A stretch of DNA of 38,333 nt, taken from Octopus bimaculoides (taxonomy: Eukaryota). The notes beneath the pieces were generated by a model that saw only the letters and a program-made list of their open reading frames with translations, searched no databases and was not told the origin of the DNA. Made by a program: the position numbers and the translations under genes. Below, piece after piece: positions 11,109 through 22,944 of the stretch. The DNA is taken from NCBI RefSeq assembly GCF_001194135.2, contig NC_068983.1, positions 28,842,783 to 28,881,115 of the forward strand. The letters run 5' to 3'. The stretch's first letter is position 1. Each line of letters starts with the position of its first letter.

Positions 11109-12082
11109 TATTTATTTATGTCATATCATTAAGGTAATAACCTTATAATGTGCATTTCAAAGCTTCACAACAGTTATCAGCTACCATATGCTATCATACA
11201 GTAGGAATACTTCTTTCACTAGGTATACATGTGGAAATCCACTAGTGTTCACAGAATTCATACACAAGAAGTTATAGTATAACAAGACGGAACGAACAGG
11301 CTTTAATCCAAATCACAACAATTGTTTCTGTGCTTTAGTAACAGTTGTTAACTGCTGAGTTTGCCATATTATGCAATTTATTATATAAATATGATACCAC
11401 AATAGCTGTGTACCTGCTCATCATCAGGTTACTTTGAGAGCACTTCCAGATCACCCATAGTTTCCCATTGTTTTATGCCTATATTCTATGTCTAGAATTT
11501 CTTTGATGGAAAGCAACACGTTGATTCAAACAGACACAAGTCATAAAATACTAAATGATTTAATGGAAATGAAAATCAAAATGTAAATTATAAAATAAAT
11601 AAACCAAAATTAATCAAGGAAAATGAAAAAATCAGAAATATTAAATATAAATTAACAAAACCTCAGATTCAGTCATTTCTTTAGTATAAACGTGTTTTGC
11701 TGTCTATGAAGATATATTACTGACAAAAGAGCTAAAAAATCCATTTGGAGGGTTGGATGTAATGAGTGGGCACAAGTAGAGGGAGGGGATACTGAGAGGA
11801 TGTGTTGTAGGAAAGGGATTCAACAAGGACATATTGTGTGCCAGTAGGTCCATGATGGAAAATAGATGGGACTGCAGCAGATGCTAAGCTTCAGTGAGGG
11901 GAAGAGGGTATTGAGAAAATGGGTTATGTTGAGGGGGAAAGGTCAGGGCACAGATTGTGTGTAGGGGGAAGGGTGTAAGAGAATGGACTTTGCTAAAAGA
12001 CCAGTGATAGTATTGAACTGGGCAAGGGATTAAGTCTACCACACAAAGTCAGGAACAGTTCCATCAAGTTTCAATACAGTTT

Positions 12083-12316
12083 CTTATTTCTTTATTGCCC
12101 ACAAGGGGCTAAACATAGATGAGACAAACAAGGACAGACAAAGGGATTAAGTCGATTACATCGACCCCAGTGCGTAACTGGTACTTAATTTATCGACCCC
12201 GAAAGGATGAAAGGCAAAGTCGACCTTGGCGGAATTTGAACTCAAAATTTAACGGCAGACGAAATACCGCTAAGCATTTCACCCGGTGTGCTAATGTTTC
12301 TGCCAGCTCGCCACCT
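12083..12316 (-). mobile_element. Young full-length SINE family A with 16-bp TSD
   Basis: TSD agtttcaatacagttt at 12067-12082 and 12323-12338. Confidence 0.9.
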
Positions 12317-12339
12317 TGATACAGTTTCAATACAGTTTT

Positions 12340-12460
12340 TGTCTATTTAATTTCATTCACAAGGCACTAGGCAACCTAAGGCCATAGCGAAAGACACTCA
12401 ACATTGAAACCAAAGCCTTGCAGCTGTAAACCAAACTTCTTAACCACACAGCCACAGCTA
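12340..12460 (-). mobile_element. Degraded family B SINE head
   Basis: ttcacaaggc...cttaaccacacagccac. Confidence 0.6.
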
Positions 12461-12539
12461 ATGTAGGGGGTTACTTCCAAGAATTTGGCCTACTATCACT
12501 ATCACATATAAAACTGTATTCTTTTCACCTCACTCTAAC

Positions 12540-12790
12540 CATTCCTTCATTCTAACAATTCTTATACTATTCTTCCTTTCATTATTCTTTCTCTCACTGT
12601 TTCTACTCCACTCATTCTTTTTCTTAATATTCTCTCTGTCTATCTGTCCCTCTCTCTCTCTCCCCTCTCTTTCCTTTTCTCTCTATTCTCCTCATTCTTT
12701 CTATCACTCTCTCTAACATTTCTATTTCCAAGTTTCCTTCTCTCTTCCTTCATCTTTTTTCAAACACACTCTACTTTCCTTAGTGTCTCC
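12540..12790 (+). repeat. CT-rich low-complexity polypyrimidine tract
   Basis: Visible composition bias. Confidence 0.8.
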
Positions 12791-13353
12791 AGATATACAT
12801 GTGTGTGTGTGTGTCTGTATGTGTGTGTCTGCATGCAATGTTCTTTAGTTCTTTACCCTGGATGTCTTTTTGTTTTTCGTCTTCCATTCTAAAGTCATAA
12901 TGATGATGACATGATATACTATGCTGCCTTCACCCGAGGGACCTAACTTGACTCCTCTGATTAAATATTTCCACCTTCTCAACAAATGGCTGAATCAAAC
13001 ATGAAATGTAAAGCTAAACTGCAATTAATTACCATACATCCCAGTGATCTCTTAATGTTTTATGGTCATTTAAGGCAATTAATCTAAGAGAGTCAATTCA
13101 TTATCATCAATTCGTTAGCTAATGTTAGAATAACCGTGGCTTCAACTGCATACACCACACTCAGCCAGGATTTCAGCAACATTAACCTAGGCAAACACAT
13201 TCATCCAACATATTGAATAGATTAAAACAAAAATCAGAGATAAGAAGTTAAATATGGAATGATAATGAAAACAAAAAAATTAGCAGAAAAAAAAATGAGA
13301 TGTAATGTAGAACTATGAGGGTATAAGAGAGAGAGAAGGGGGAGCGAGAGAGG

Positions 13354-13355
<2 letters not shown>

Positions 13356-13397
<42 letters not shown>

Positions 13398-13412
13398 CAT
13401 GCAGGCAGGCAG
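13356..13412 (+). repeat. (GGCA)n tetranucleotide microsatellite
   Basis: Visible array. Confidence 0.97.
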
Positions 13413-13717
13413 ACAGACTAGAGATCTGGTGGCAGTAATTGTTGCTGCAGGTTAACCTCAAGTCTGCACTGATGGAACAGATGTGCAACATTCTACAAAA
13501 TTGTTCCAGCCATGAACCTCCTATCTGTTTAGGATTATGTAGGACTGAAATCTCTATTTTGTAATTTGAAAGGTTGTAATTTTAGAGAGATTTAAGGGAT
13601 ATTTTTAACCAAATGACTCTATTTGGTTCCGTCTCTCCCAGCTCAATCAATATTGTTTATACCCCTTATGATAAGTACCAAAGAACTAGGGTCAATATAA
13701 TCAGCACTGATTGAGCT

Positions 13718-13912
13718 GTGCCAGTGGCATGTAAAAGCACCCTCTACACTCTCGGAGTGGTTGGCGTTAGGAAGGGCATCCAGCTGTAGAAACTCTGCCA
13801 AATCAGATTGGAGCCTGGTGTAGCCATCTGGTTTCACCAGTCCCCAGTCAAATCGTCCAACCCATGCTAGCATGGAAAGCGGACGTTAAACGATGATGAT
13901 GATGATGATGAA
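13718..13912 (+). mobile_element. Family D RTE-type 3' tail with (GAT)n end
   Basis: Near-identical to 22560-22765; ends catggaaagcggacgttaaacgatgatgatg. Confidence 0.8.
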
Positions 13913-14924
13913 AATACATATCAAAATACAAGGGTCAATATAATTGACTGTAACCATTGAAGTGGGTGGCTCAGCATAGCCACAGTCCAAAGACGGAAGC
14001 CAGAAAAAGAGAAAAAATTAATTGAAAATGTTGCAGAGTCAATAATACTGCAGTTATTTTGTTACAACACTGTAATATTTTAAAGTTCAGTTCTCCAGGG
14101 GTTATCTCAGCCTTTCATCTTCTTGGTTCTATAAATTAAAAACTACTCAAGAGTTAGAGTTGATTTACTTGACTATACACCTCCTTTAAAATATGTGACT
14201 TTGTGCCAATATTAAAAATCATTATTAAAAGAATTTGGTCATTGGTACTTTCTGGAGTGTATAAGTTTGATCTATATTCAGTCAAATTGTTTCTAGTGAA
14301 GTGGAATTAAGTGCAGTCAACTAAAGAACTGCATATTGCAAAGCAAAGCAACATTAGAATGCCAATAATCACTTATATTTATTACTCTATAAAATAAAAC
14401 TTTGGCACCAGTTTTACTGTTACAATGATATTTTCAATCTCTGATTTTGCTCTTCTCTTGAGATTCCTTGAGCTACAGGGTGATAGGAAATGTGGAACGG
14501 ACCAGATTGTTTTTGATTCATGAAAATATTGAAGCTGAAAGTAAGCAGAACAGGATTGCACAAGGTACTGTATTTTAGCAGCTACTGTAACAAGAAATCT
14601 TATTCATTCACTTCAGAAAGCCTCAATCAGTCAAGATTGAGAATGCATTTGCACAATATGTGCAGGCTTGGGCATGATTTTTTTTTTTTTTTTGAGGAAG
14701 ACTGGTAGTTGCTTATGTATGCAAGTCTCCTCTCTCCACACCACAGATGTTTACCCAAGAAAAAGACAATGATATAGGCCAGTGCAGCTTGGTACCAGTG
14801 TTACTGTAGACATGAATGATGAAATGCAAGACACTAGAATGGATACTGCAAGGCATCTCTACCATTTCTGCCAATCGACCACTCTTGATTGATAGATTTT
14901 TATTAATATTTGAAGTGAGATTCA

Positions 14925-15095
14925 GAAGGTATCTTGCTCAACCTTTTAACATTTCTGCCAATCCACTGCTCTGGATTGGTTCTGAAAAGCTAAAGGGCAA
15001 AGTTGATCTCAGTAGGATTTGAACTCAGGGCACAGAGACTCAGAACAAATACCATAAAACATTTTATCCAATGCTCAAACAAATCAGACAGTATT
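14925..15095 (-). mobile_element. Degraded SINE family A
   Basis: ggcaaagttgatctcagtaggatttgaactcag. Confidence 0.55.
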
Positions 15096-15769
15096 ATCAA
15101 TACATTGTATTAATAAAAAATCCAATACTTGAGAACACTTGAGAGTACCTCATTAATATATCCAATACCTAAGAATTCTTGCATACAATTAATATATCCA
15201 ATACTTGAGAATAATACAACAGACTTCATTGATAAATACAACCCCGGAAAGCAATATATCCTCATCATCATCATCTTCATCACCCATCATTTTTATATTT
15301 ATTTCTCCATGTTGGCATGAGTAGGATGAGACTTCTTGAAGTAGTATTTGTCAAGTAGATGCTCTTACAGGTGCTAACCCTTGTTTTCAGTTCATTTATT
15401 TTATTCCATATTTTTGCATACCAAACCACTGCCAGACAGTTTGTCTATAAAACACATCAATAGCAGCACTATTGACAAACTCACACACATACACAAACAT
15501 ATTTATATGCAACAAACTTCCATACAGTCATAAGGTACTGGTCAACTCAAGGCTGCAGTAAAAAAAAAAAAAAATGATGTATGTTAAAGTGCCCTGCAGA
15601 GGGATGGATCCCCAAATCACATGCCTGCAAAACAAACATCTTAAACATTCAGCCACGAATATTAATTTATCCAACACTTGAGAACAATGAGATCCTTTCA
15701 ACTTTCCAGGATTATACTGTGTGCTGTAGGTCAGAGTCCACTATTATATACTGCTAATATATGCTAATA

Positions 15770-15950
15770 TATACAGGTGAAATGCTTAGTGGTATTCCAT
15801 CCATTTCTGGGTTCAAATTCTGCTGAGGCCAATTTTGTCTTTCATCCTTGCAGCCTTGCAGGGTCAATAAAATAAGTGCCAGTTGAACACTGGGGTCAAT
15901 AAAATAAGTGCCAGTTGAACACTGGGGTCAATGTAATTGACTTGACTACT
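15770..15950 (+). mobile_element. SINE family A carrying an internal 32-bp tandem duplication
   Basis: gggtcaataaaataagtgccagttgaacactg at 15861 and 15893. Confidence 0.8.
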
Positions 15951-16329
15951 CCTGGATATGAGTATAATAACTGCATCCCTCTACCAAGCCATATCGAGCC
16001 AGTGTTACAGAGTAGGCCCATCAAACCAGTATGACTTCAAGATCAAGTTCACTGCCTTCACATCAGGCCATGGTTGGGGAGAGAAAATGTTGAAGACTTT
16101 GTCCTGCAGGAAACAGAACATGCGCAATCCAACCCAATCCAATATACCGATGTTGTATAGCACTGCAATATATCATAACCTATACTTTTACAACATTCAC
16201 AATAAAATTCCATATAGTTTACAACACTTCATTTTCTCTGAAGATGTTATTATTTACAGTGATGATATGTTAAATCACTAACAGATTAAAATTATCACCC
16301 AAGAAAAGATGGTCACTCTGAGCAAATTC

Positions 16330-16540
16330 TGCGAGCTGGCAGAAACATTAGCAGACCAGGTGAAATGTTTAGCAGTATTTTGTCTGTCTTTACATTCTGA
16401 GTTCAAATTCTGCTAAGGTCAACTTTGCCTTTCATCCTTTCAGGATTGATAAATTAAGTACCAGTTGTGTACTGGGGTCGATCTAATTGACTGGCCCCCT
16501 CCCCAAAAAAGTTTGGGCTTTGTGCCTAGAGTAGAAAAGG
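16330..16540 (+). mobile_element. SINE family A
   Basis: gcgagctggcagaaacattagc head; core colinear with other copies. Confidence 0.8.
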
Positions 16541-16593
16541 ATATCAAGGACTTGAGGGCCTGAAGTAAAACAAGGCATATATGTGTGTATGCA

Positions 16594-16625
<32 letters not shown>

Positions 16626-16685
16626 AGAATTTAAGGATTGGAGAAAATGCATGTTATAATTGCATACTTTATTCCTACATATGTT

Positions 16686-17156
16686 NNNNNNNNNNNNNNN
16701 NNNNNNNNNNNNNNNNNNNNNNNNNNNNNNNNNNNNNNNNNNNNNNNNNNNNNNNNNNNNNNNNNNNNNNNNNNNNNNNNNNNNNNNNNNNNNNNNNNNN
16801 NNNNNNNNNNNNNNNNNNNNNNNNNNNNNNNNNNNNNNNNNNNNNNNNNNNNNNNNNNNNNNNNNNNNNNNNNNNNNNNNNNNNNNNNNNNNNNNNNNNN
16901 NNNNNNNNNNNNNNNNNNNNNNNNNNNNNNNNNNNNNNNNNNNNNNNNNNNNNNNNNNNNNNNNNNNNNNNNNNNNNNNNNNNNNNNNNNNNNNNNNNNN
17001 NNNNNNNNNNNNNNNNNNNNNNNNNNNNNNNNNNNNNNNNNNNNNNNNNNNNNNNNNNNNNNNNNNNNNNNNNNNNNNNNNNNNNNNNNNNNNNNNNNNN
17101 NNNNNNNNNNNNNNNNNNNNNNNNNNNNNNNNNNNNNNNNNNNNNNNNNNNNNNNN
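16686..17156. other. Assembly gap (N run)
   Basis: N run next to (TA)n. Confidence 0.99.
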
Positions 17157-18158
17157 ATATATATATATATGATGTATATGAGCTTGTGTGTGTGTTGTAA
17201 TTATTGTTGTTATTCAGTTCCCAGGTAAAGTTTGATCAAGCAGACCTCACAACAGAGGCATTCAAATTGGACCCATCCTATCTTTTAGATGTATGTTTAG
17301 TACTACATTATCTAATCTATTTTTCATTATTCAAGATAGTTGGATGCAATATGAGGAGAACTTGTTTGCTATTTCTAGCAGGTTGTGTGACCACATACAG
17401 GCTTCCTTGTTGACTCTGAAGTGCATTGTCTCTTTACATGTATATGTTTACACATTAGAGAATGAAACACAACAAGACCATTAGGGATGGTGTGTACTGA
17501 TTAAAAAAAAAGCTAAAGACACTAAGAGAAAAACACAGACACAAACATCTATATATTTACTAAGATACACAGTTGAAGAAGCAGAAGTATACCACTTGTA
17601 AAGCTTATCACGACAACAGAAGAGAAAACCAATTAAAATGAAATTGGTGTCCTTTGAAGAAAAATTCTTCAGTTACAATTTTCTGGCATCCATATTTTCA
17701 AAGGAAATGGAAATAGTTATTGCAAAAAAATATGAAAATATTGGTCCTATGTATTTTTTTCTTTTTTTTTCTTGGTTTTTTTCGTTTTTATGTTCACAGC
17801 TGCTAGCAACACAACTCAAATGTTTTAACTACACATCTTGCTGACAATTAACACACTCTTTCAGATCGACAAATATAAATATAAATATATATATATATAT
17901 ATCACACATACACACACACACACACACACATAGTACTATATAGAACATTTCTATACATATAGAACTGTTCTGTTTGTAAACTCAACAATCAATAATTTAA
18001 CTGCTTTGTATCCACAAATTTTAGTATCACTTAGTTAAATTATGCATACATATATATATTCATGCTACGTTATATTCTAATCACCCAGAATTCATTGCTC
18101 TTTTAAAAAAAATTACGATTTATGCATTGTTGTCTCTCAAATATTTAAAATCTACAAT

Positions 18159-18188
18159 NNNNNNNNNNNNNNNNNNNNNNNNNNNNNN
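18159..18188. other. Assembly gap (N run)
   Basis: 30 N followed by (TA)n. Confidence 0.99.
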
Positions 18189-18230
<42 letters not shown>

Positions 18231-19489
18231 TAAGATTCCAAAACTCATTCTGCCACAGATATGACAAAAGAAACAATGTAAATATGAATATGTTAAGGAA
18301 ATGGTTGTATCCTTTATGTTTGAAGTCTATGCGGTCAGCTGACAAGAATGATTTCTTTCAAATGACGTTATGTTTTCATTAAACAATTAAAGGAGTTGCT
18401 TGAAATGGCCATAATGAATTGACACCAGTCCATCTTTGTTACTCATTTATAGATGTGTGTGTGTGTGTGTGTGTGCATGTGTGTATGTGTATGTGCATGT
18501 GAATATATATATATATATATATATACATAGTGTATGTGTGTGTGTATTTGTTGATTCATTTCTTTATGTTGATTTTTACCAAATTAGCATGAGGTAAATA
18601 GTTATTGAGGCACCGCTTTACAGCTGGACAACTCTACTTGCTGCTAAACCTTACATGTTTCTCAAGTGAGAGATATCTTATTCCATGTGTCTTTTAAAAA
18701 TGCTAAGCCAGTGGACAACATATTTGGCTAGGAGAAATGACAATAAAATCACCACCGGTGGCTGAGTGATTTTTGAGAAAGCACAAATGTCAAAGCAAAT
18801 ACACACTCATTCACTCTATCTGTTGGTCTCCCCCACTCTCTCTCTCTGTCACTTTCAATCTCTATCTCAAACACACATACATGTATATATGTGTGTGTGT
18901 GTGTGTGTGTGTATACACACATACATACATACACATATGTATGTATACATATGTGTATGTGTGTACATGTGTGCATATGTGTTTTACTCTTTGATTAGCC
19001 CCAGGTTAGCTTTGAGAGAGCAGAGCTATCATCAAAGGCATTCCATTCATGGCCATCTCATCCATTCATATTTTGAACATTATCTACCAACAACTACATT
19101 ATTCAATGTATCCAAATCTCTTCAAAACAGAATGGTACAATTTCAAGGAGATCTGGCTGCCATTTCTAACAAATTCAGCAGCCACATTGATGCTCACTCA
19201 CTGGCTTATATGACTTTGTGTGTGATAAACTAGAATAATATTCGCCAGCATGTATCTGACCAGCTTAGACAAATAACTATTTAGGAAAGCAAACAAAAGA
19301 GAAAGAAGGATTGGTCCAAAAGATTATTACGTTCTGAAGACATAAGAGTTGTGTAATGTTTATGGGGTATTGAATAATTGATGTAAATATTTTGGAAGAA
19401 GTCCAGACTACAAGCAAAATAATATATAGTTATAAATATATATTGCAGTGAATGTGTATACAGTTATGACACACATAAATGAAAGCTAC

Positions 19490-19850
19490 TAACATCATCG
19501 TCATCATCATCAGTTATCATTATCATCATCGTCATTACTGTTATCATCATCATCGTTGTTGTCATCATCATCGTCATCATCATCATCACCATCACTATTA
19601 TCATCATCGTCATCACCCCCATCATCATCGTCATCATCACCATTGTCATCATCAATATCCTCACTGCCATCATCATCATTGCCACTGTCATCATCATCAT
19701 CACCGTCATCACTGTAATCATCATCATCATCATCATCATTGTCATCATGACCATTGTGGTCATCATCATCATTGTTGTCATCATGACCATTGTGGTCATC
19801 ATCATCATTGTTGTCATCATCTTTACCCCCCCCCATCATCATCATTTTGC
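19490..19850 (+). repeat. Degenerate (CAT)n trinucleotide array, ~360 bp
   Basis: Visible array; generates spurious poly-His, poly-Asp and poly-Met ORFs. Confidence 0.95.
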
Positions 19851-20403
19851 TACCATATTTTCCCCATGCTGGAACAGGCAGGACAAGAGCTAAGACAGTA
19901 ACAGTCTACAGCCAAATACTCTTCTTATCACCAACTCAAATAGCACAACCAAAGGTGGGTGATAGGAGCTGTCTGCCCTGGGCAGTGTTTTTGGAGGGGG
20001 CAACACTTTTTGGTTTGCTGTAAAAGCTTGTATAGAGGACAGGAGGAGGGAACAAACTCAAAAGCTGCTCACAGATGGTACACACTCTAGCTGCATCACT
20101 GACCAACCCTTGCTCATTTTTCAAGTAAAATACTTTTGTCCTGTTGGTCTTCACACATGTCGAACTCTGCTAAGCTTTGAGATATATTGCTTACGGGAGA
20201 TGTAAATGCTGTCATTATTTTTGCTTAGTCCCATGTTAGCTTTGACAAAGGCATTCCATTCATGGCCATCTCATTCAAGAAAACTTTATGAAAACATTCA
20301 GTCACTGATGACTCAATGACCCAACTATAGATTAAGGTTGTACAGCACCAGATGTTACCAGCAGCACTCATGAGTGCTTACAATGTCAAAAGCAACACAG
20401 TAC

Positions 20404-20618
20404 CTAAACCCCTTTTTTTTACTGTATATCTCTTAATCAAGAATTTAGTTAAATAACTATGTCGTTACCAAGCAGGTATTTGGAATATAAATTCACGTGA
20501 AATTTTAATGGAAGGTTATAATCTAAATTCCTTTAATACAGCAAATTTTATCATAGAACCAGAGGTGATTTTGGGTTGGTTGGTATCAAAGAGATTAAGA
20601 TTTCTTTCAACACTCTGT
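20404..20618. mobile_element. Putative decayed piggyBac-like MITE
   Basis: Ends resemble TTAA-CCCT termini (ctaaacccctttttttt ... ggtatcaaagagattaa); the interior resembles an octopus repeat I recall, not verified. Confidence 0.35.
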
Positions 20619-20667
20619 AACAATACTAAAAGCATTTGAGCTGTCGAGTTAATTTACACATTATAAT

Positions 20668-21090
20668 CATCATCATCATCATCATCATTTAACATCCATT
20701 GTCCATGCTGGCATGGGTTGGACGGTTTGACTGGGCTGGTATGCTGGAAGGCTGCACCAGGATCCAGTCTGATTTGGCATGGTTTTCTATGGCTGGATGC
20801 CCTCCCTAACACCAACCACTCCAAGAGTGTAATGGGTGCTTTTACATGCTACCGGCATGGGTGCCATTTGCATGACACCACTATCTGCCACAACTGTGAT
20901 TTTGCTCAGCTTGATGGGTCTTCTTCTCAAGCACAGCATAATACCAAAGGTCTTGGTCATGGCTTCCATCAGGTTCTATGCTCAAAAGGTACTCAGTCAC
21001 TTTGCCTTCATGAGGCTCAATGTTCAAAGGTTGATTTTATTTTTTCTTTACATGTCACCAGCATGGATGCACTTGGCTTGACGGGTCCTC
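20668..21090 (-). mobile_element. RTE-type LINE 3' end / family D tail, degraded
   Basis: catcatcatttaacatccattgtccatgctggcatgggttggacg is the reverse complement of the family D end; upstream gcttgagaagaagacccatcaag resembles an RTE ORF2 terminus. Confidence 0.6.
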
Positions 21091-21334
21091 AAAAGCAGAG
21101 TTGCTTAGCATGATCATGTACATAACTGTGAAGTTTCTTTATTTTTTCCCAGGCCCCCACACCACCCTACAGGTACTTTTGCACCTGCTATTATTCCCAA
21201 TACAAAAATGCTGCCCATTCCCAGTCAAAGAAGCTCCCTCAATTGACTTACAATCAACTGTTATCGTTTTGTTAAAATGAAAACATAAGAGCTCAAAGAT
21301 CAACAATGATTATGACACTTTCTTACATCTTTTA

Positions 21335-21720
21335 TCTCTTACTTGTTTCAGTTATTAGAGTGCGGCCAAGATGGAGCACAGTCTTGCAGAAATTTTTAGT
21401 CCAATGGAATGACCACAGTACTTATTCTTTTTTTTTTTCTTTTAAGTCTGGTACTAAATCTACCAATCTCTTTTGCCAAACCACTATGTTACGGGGACAT
21501 AACACACCAACACTGGCTGTCAAGTGGTGGAGGGGGACAAACAGACACAAACACAACACACACCAGGTTTCTTTCAGTCTCCGTTTACCAAATCCACTCG
21601 CAAGACTTTGGGTGACCCAAAGCTATAGTAGAAGACACTTGCCCAAAGTGCCATGCAGCGGGACTGAACCTGGAACCATGTTGTTGGGAAGCAAGTTCCT
21701 TACCACACAACCATACCAGC
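21335..21720 (-). mobile_element. Family B SINE, near full length
   Basis: Reverse-complement colinear with 10-392. Confidence 0.8.
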
Positions 21721-22324
21721 ACATGTTTTATTTTATGCTTCAATGCTTTATTCTGACAATAAAGCAACTTTAAATCTATTACATAATATATCAAACACAC
21801 ACACACATAGATATATGCATATGTATGTATACATGAATGTGTGCATGTGTCAGTATGACATAGTTGTTTGCTGTCTTCACAGGATGATGTAACATTCTCA
21901 CCATGTCTAACAACAGACAATTTATGACACAAGACCCAGATGAGGTCCCTCGAGTTCTCATCTACATCTTGTTTCATTAATAAATAACCAAATCAATTTG
22001 TTTTTGCTTTCAAGCTGGGTGTGCCATATCACATTTTAAATTCTATTATTGATCAGTGTGATATTTAAGACATTTAAAATTCTCTGTATCAATAAATATA
22101 CGTAAAAAATTATGTTTTTCATTTTTCCCATTGGTTGTGGTCTGGATGAAAAAAAAAAGCATATTTAATATGCCTATCCTTGAAGAGCTATGAAAGATCA
22201 ACTTAGTTAATTTTAACCAAATATTTAGCTATTTTTTTAAAGCATTTTACATTGTTCTGAACACACATTAAGTGTATTAGACTCTTTCAGCTCAATCTCT
22301 TCCTGAAAAGTTTTGCTAAGACAC

Positions 22325-22765
22325 AAGTATGTCTGTGTGGTAAGAAGTTTGCTTCCTAACCACAAGGTTTGGGGTTCAGTCTCACTGTGTAGCACCTTGG
22401 GCAAGCAATTGCTAAATAGCTGTTGATCCCACACTTGTGCCGGTAGCACATGAAAAAGCACTCGAGCGAGGTCATTGCCAGTGCCACTGGACTGGCTCCT
22501 GTGCAGGTGGTACATAAAAAACACCAATTGAGCGTGGCCGTTGCCAGTACCACCTGACTAGCCCTCATGCCGGTTGCACGTAAAAGCACCCACTACACTC
22601 TCTGAGTGGTTGGCGTTAGGAAGGGCATCCAACTGTAGAAACTCTGCCAGATCAGATTGGAGCTTGGTGCAGCCATCTGGTTCGCCAGTCCTCAGTCAAA
22701 TCGTCCAACCCATGCTAGCATGGAAAGCGGACGTTAAACAATGATGATGATGATGATGATGATGA
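22325..22765 (+). mobile_element. SINE with family B tRNA/CORE head and family D (RTE-type) tail
   Basis: ctgtgtggtaagaagtttgcttcc head, ccttgggcaag core, tail ending ggacgttaaacaatgatgatg. Confidence 0.8.
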
Positions 22766-22789
22766 TATATATGTATGTATAAAATAAAA

Positions 22790-22900
22790 GTTTAGAATGG
22801 TACAACAATGCACTATAAAACAAAAAATAGACTATATACCTGTTGTAATTTGGTTATCTATAGTCCGATGATATTTCGGAATTACAATTCCTTCTTCAGA
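22790..22900 (-). mobile_element. Putative Penelope-like element 3'-end (pLTR) fragment with hammerhead-like core
   Basis: Minus strand CUGAAGA-A-GGAAU-UGUA-AUUCC-GAAA at 22874-22899; shares atgcactata and overall layout with the PLE end at 32543-32700. Confidence 0.45.
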
Positions 22901-22944
22901 TCTTCTTAGCTGGAGTCTCTGCTATAAACTGTTTTCCAACAGTT

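Noticed and set aside
11890-11975. G-rich tract, possible G-quadruplex
   Set aside because: Most loops are 8-15 nt, so it is a weak, non-canonical pattern.
15109-15211. Repeat-spacer pattern reminiscent of CRISPR
   Set aside because: Eukaryotic context, only three degenerate repeats, 12-16 nt spacers and no cas genes.
17336-17381. Plus-strand exon-like segment DSWMQYEENLFAISS
   Set aside because: It appears to lie in an old interspersed repeat, and the donor is weak.
13092-18423. 13-mer gtcaattcattat at 13092 and its reverse complement at 18411, both in TAAT-rich unique DNA
   Set aside because: Many 13-mer matches are expected by chance in AT-rich sequence of this size.
19464-19901. Poly-His, poly-Asp and poly-Met ORFs
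   Set aside because: These are translations of a (CAT)n array in three frames, with no splice or codon evidence. The same applies to 30013-30342 and 32817-33188.
20363-20378. Perfect 16-bp palindrome agcactcatgagtgct
   Set aside because: About one is expected by chance in 38 kb and there is no supporting context.
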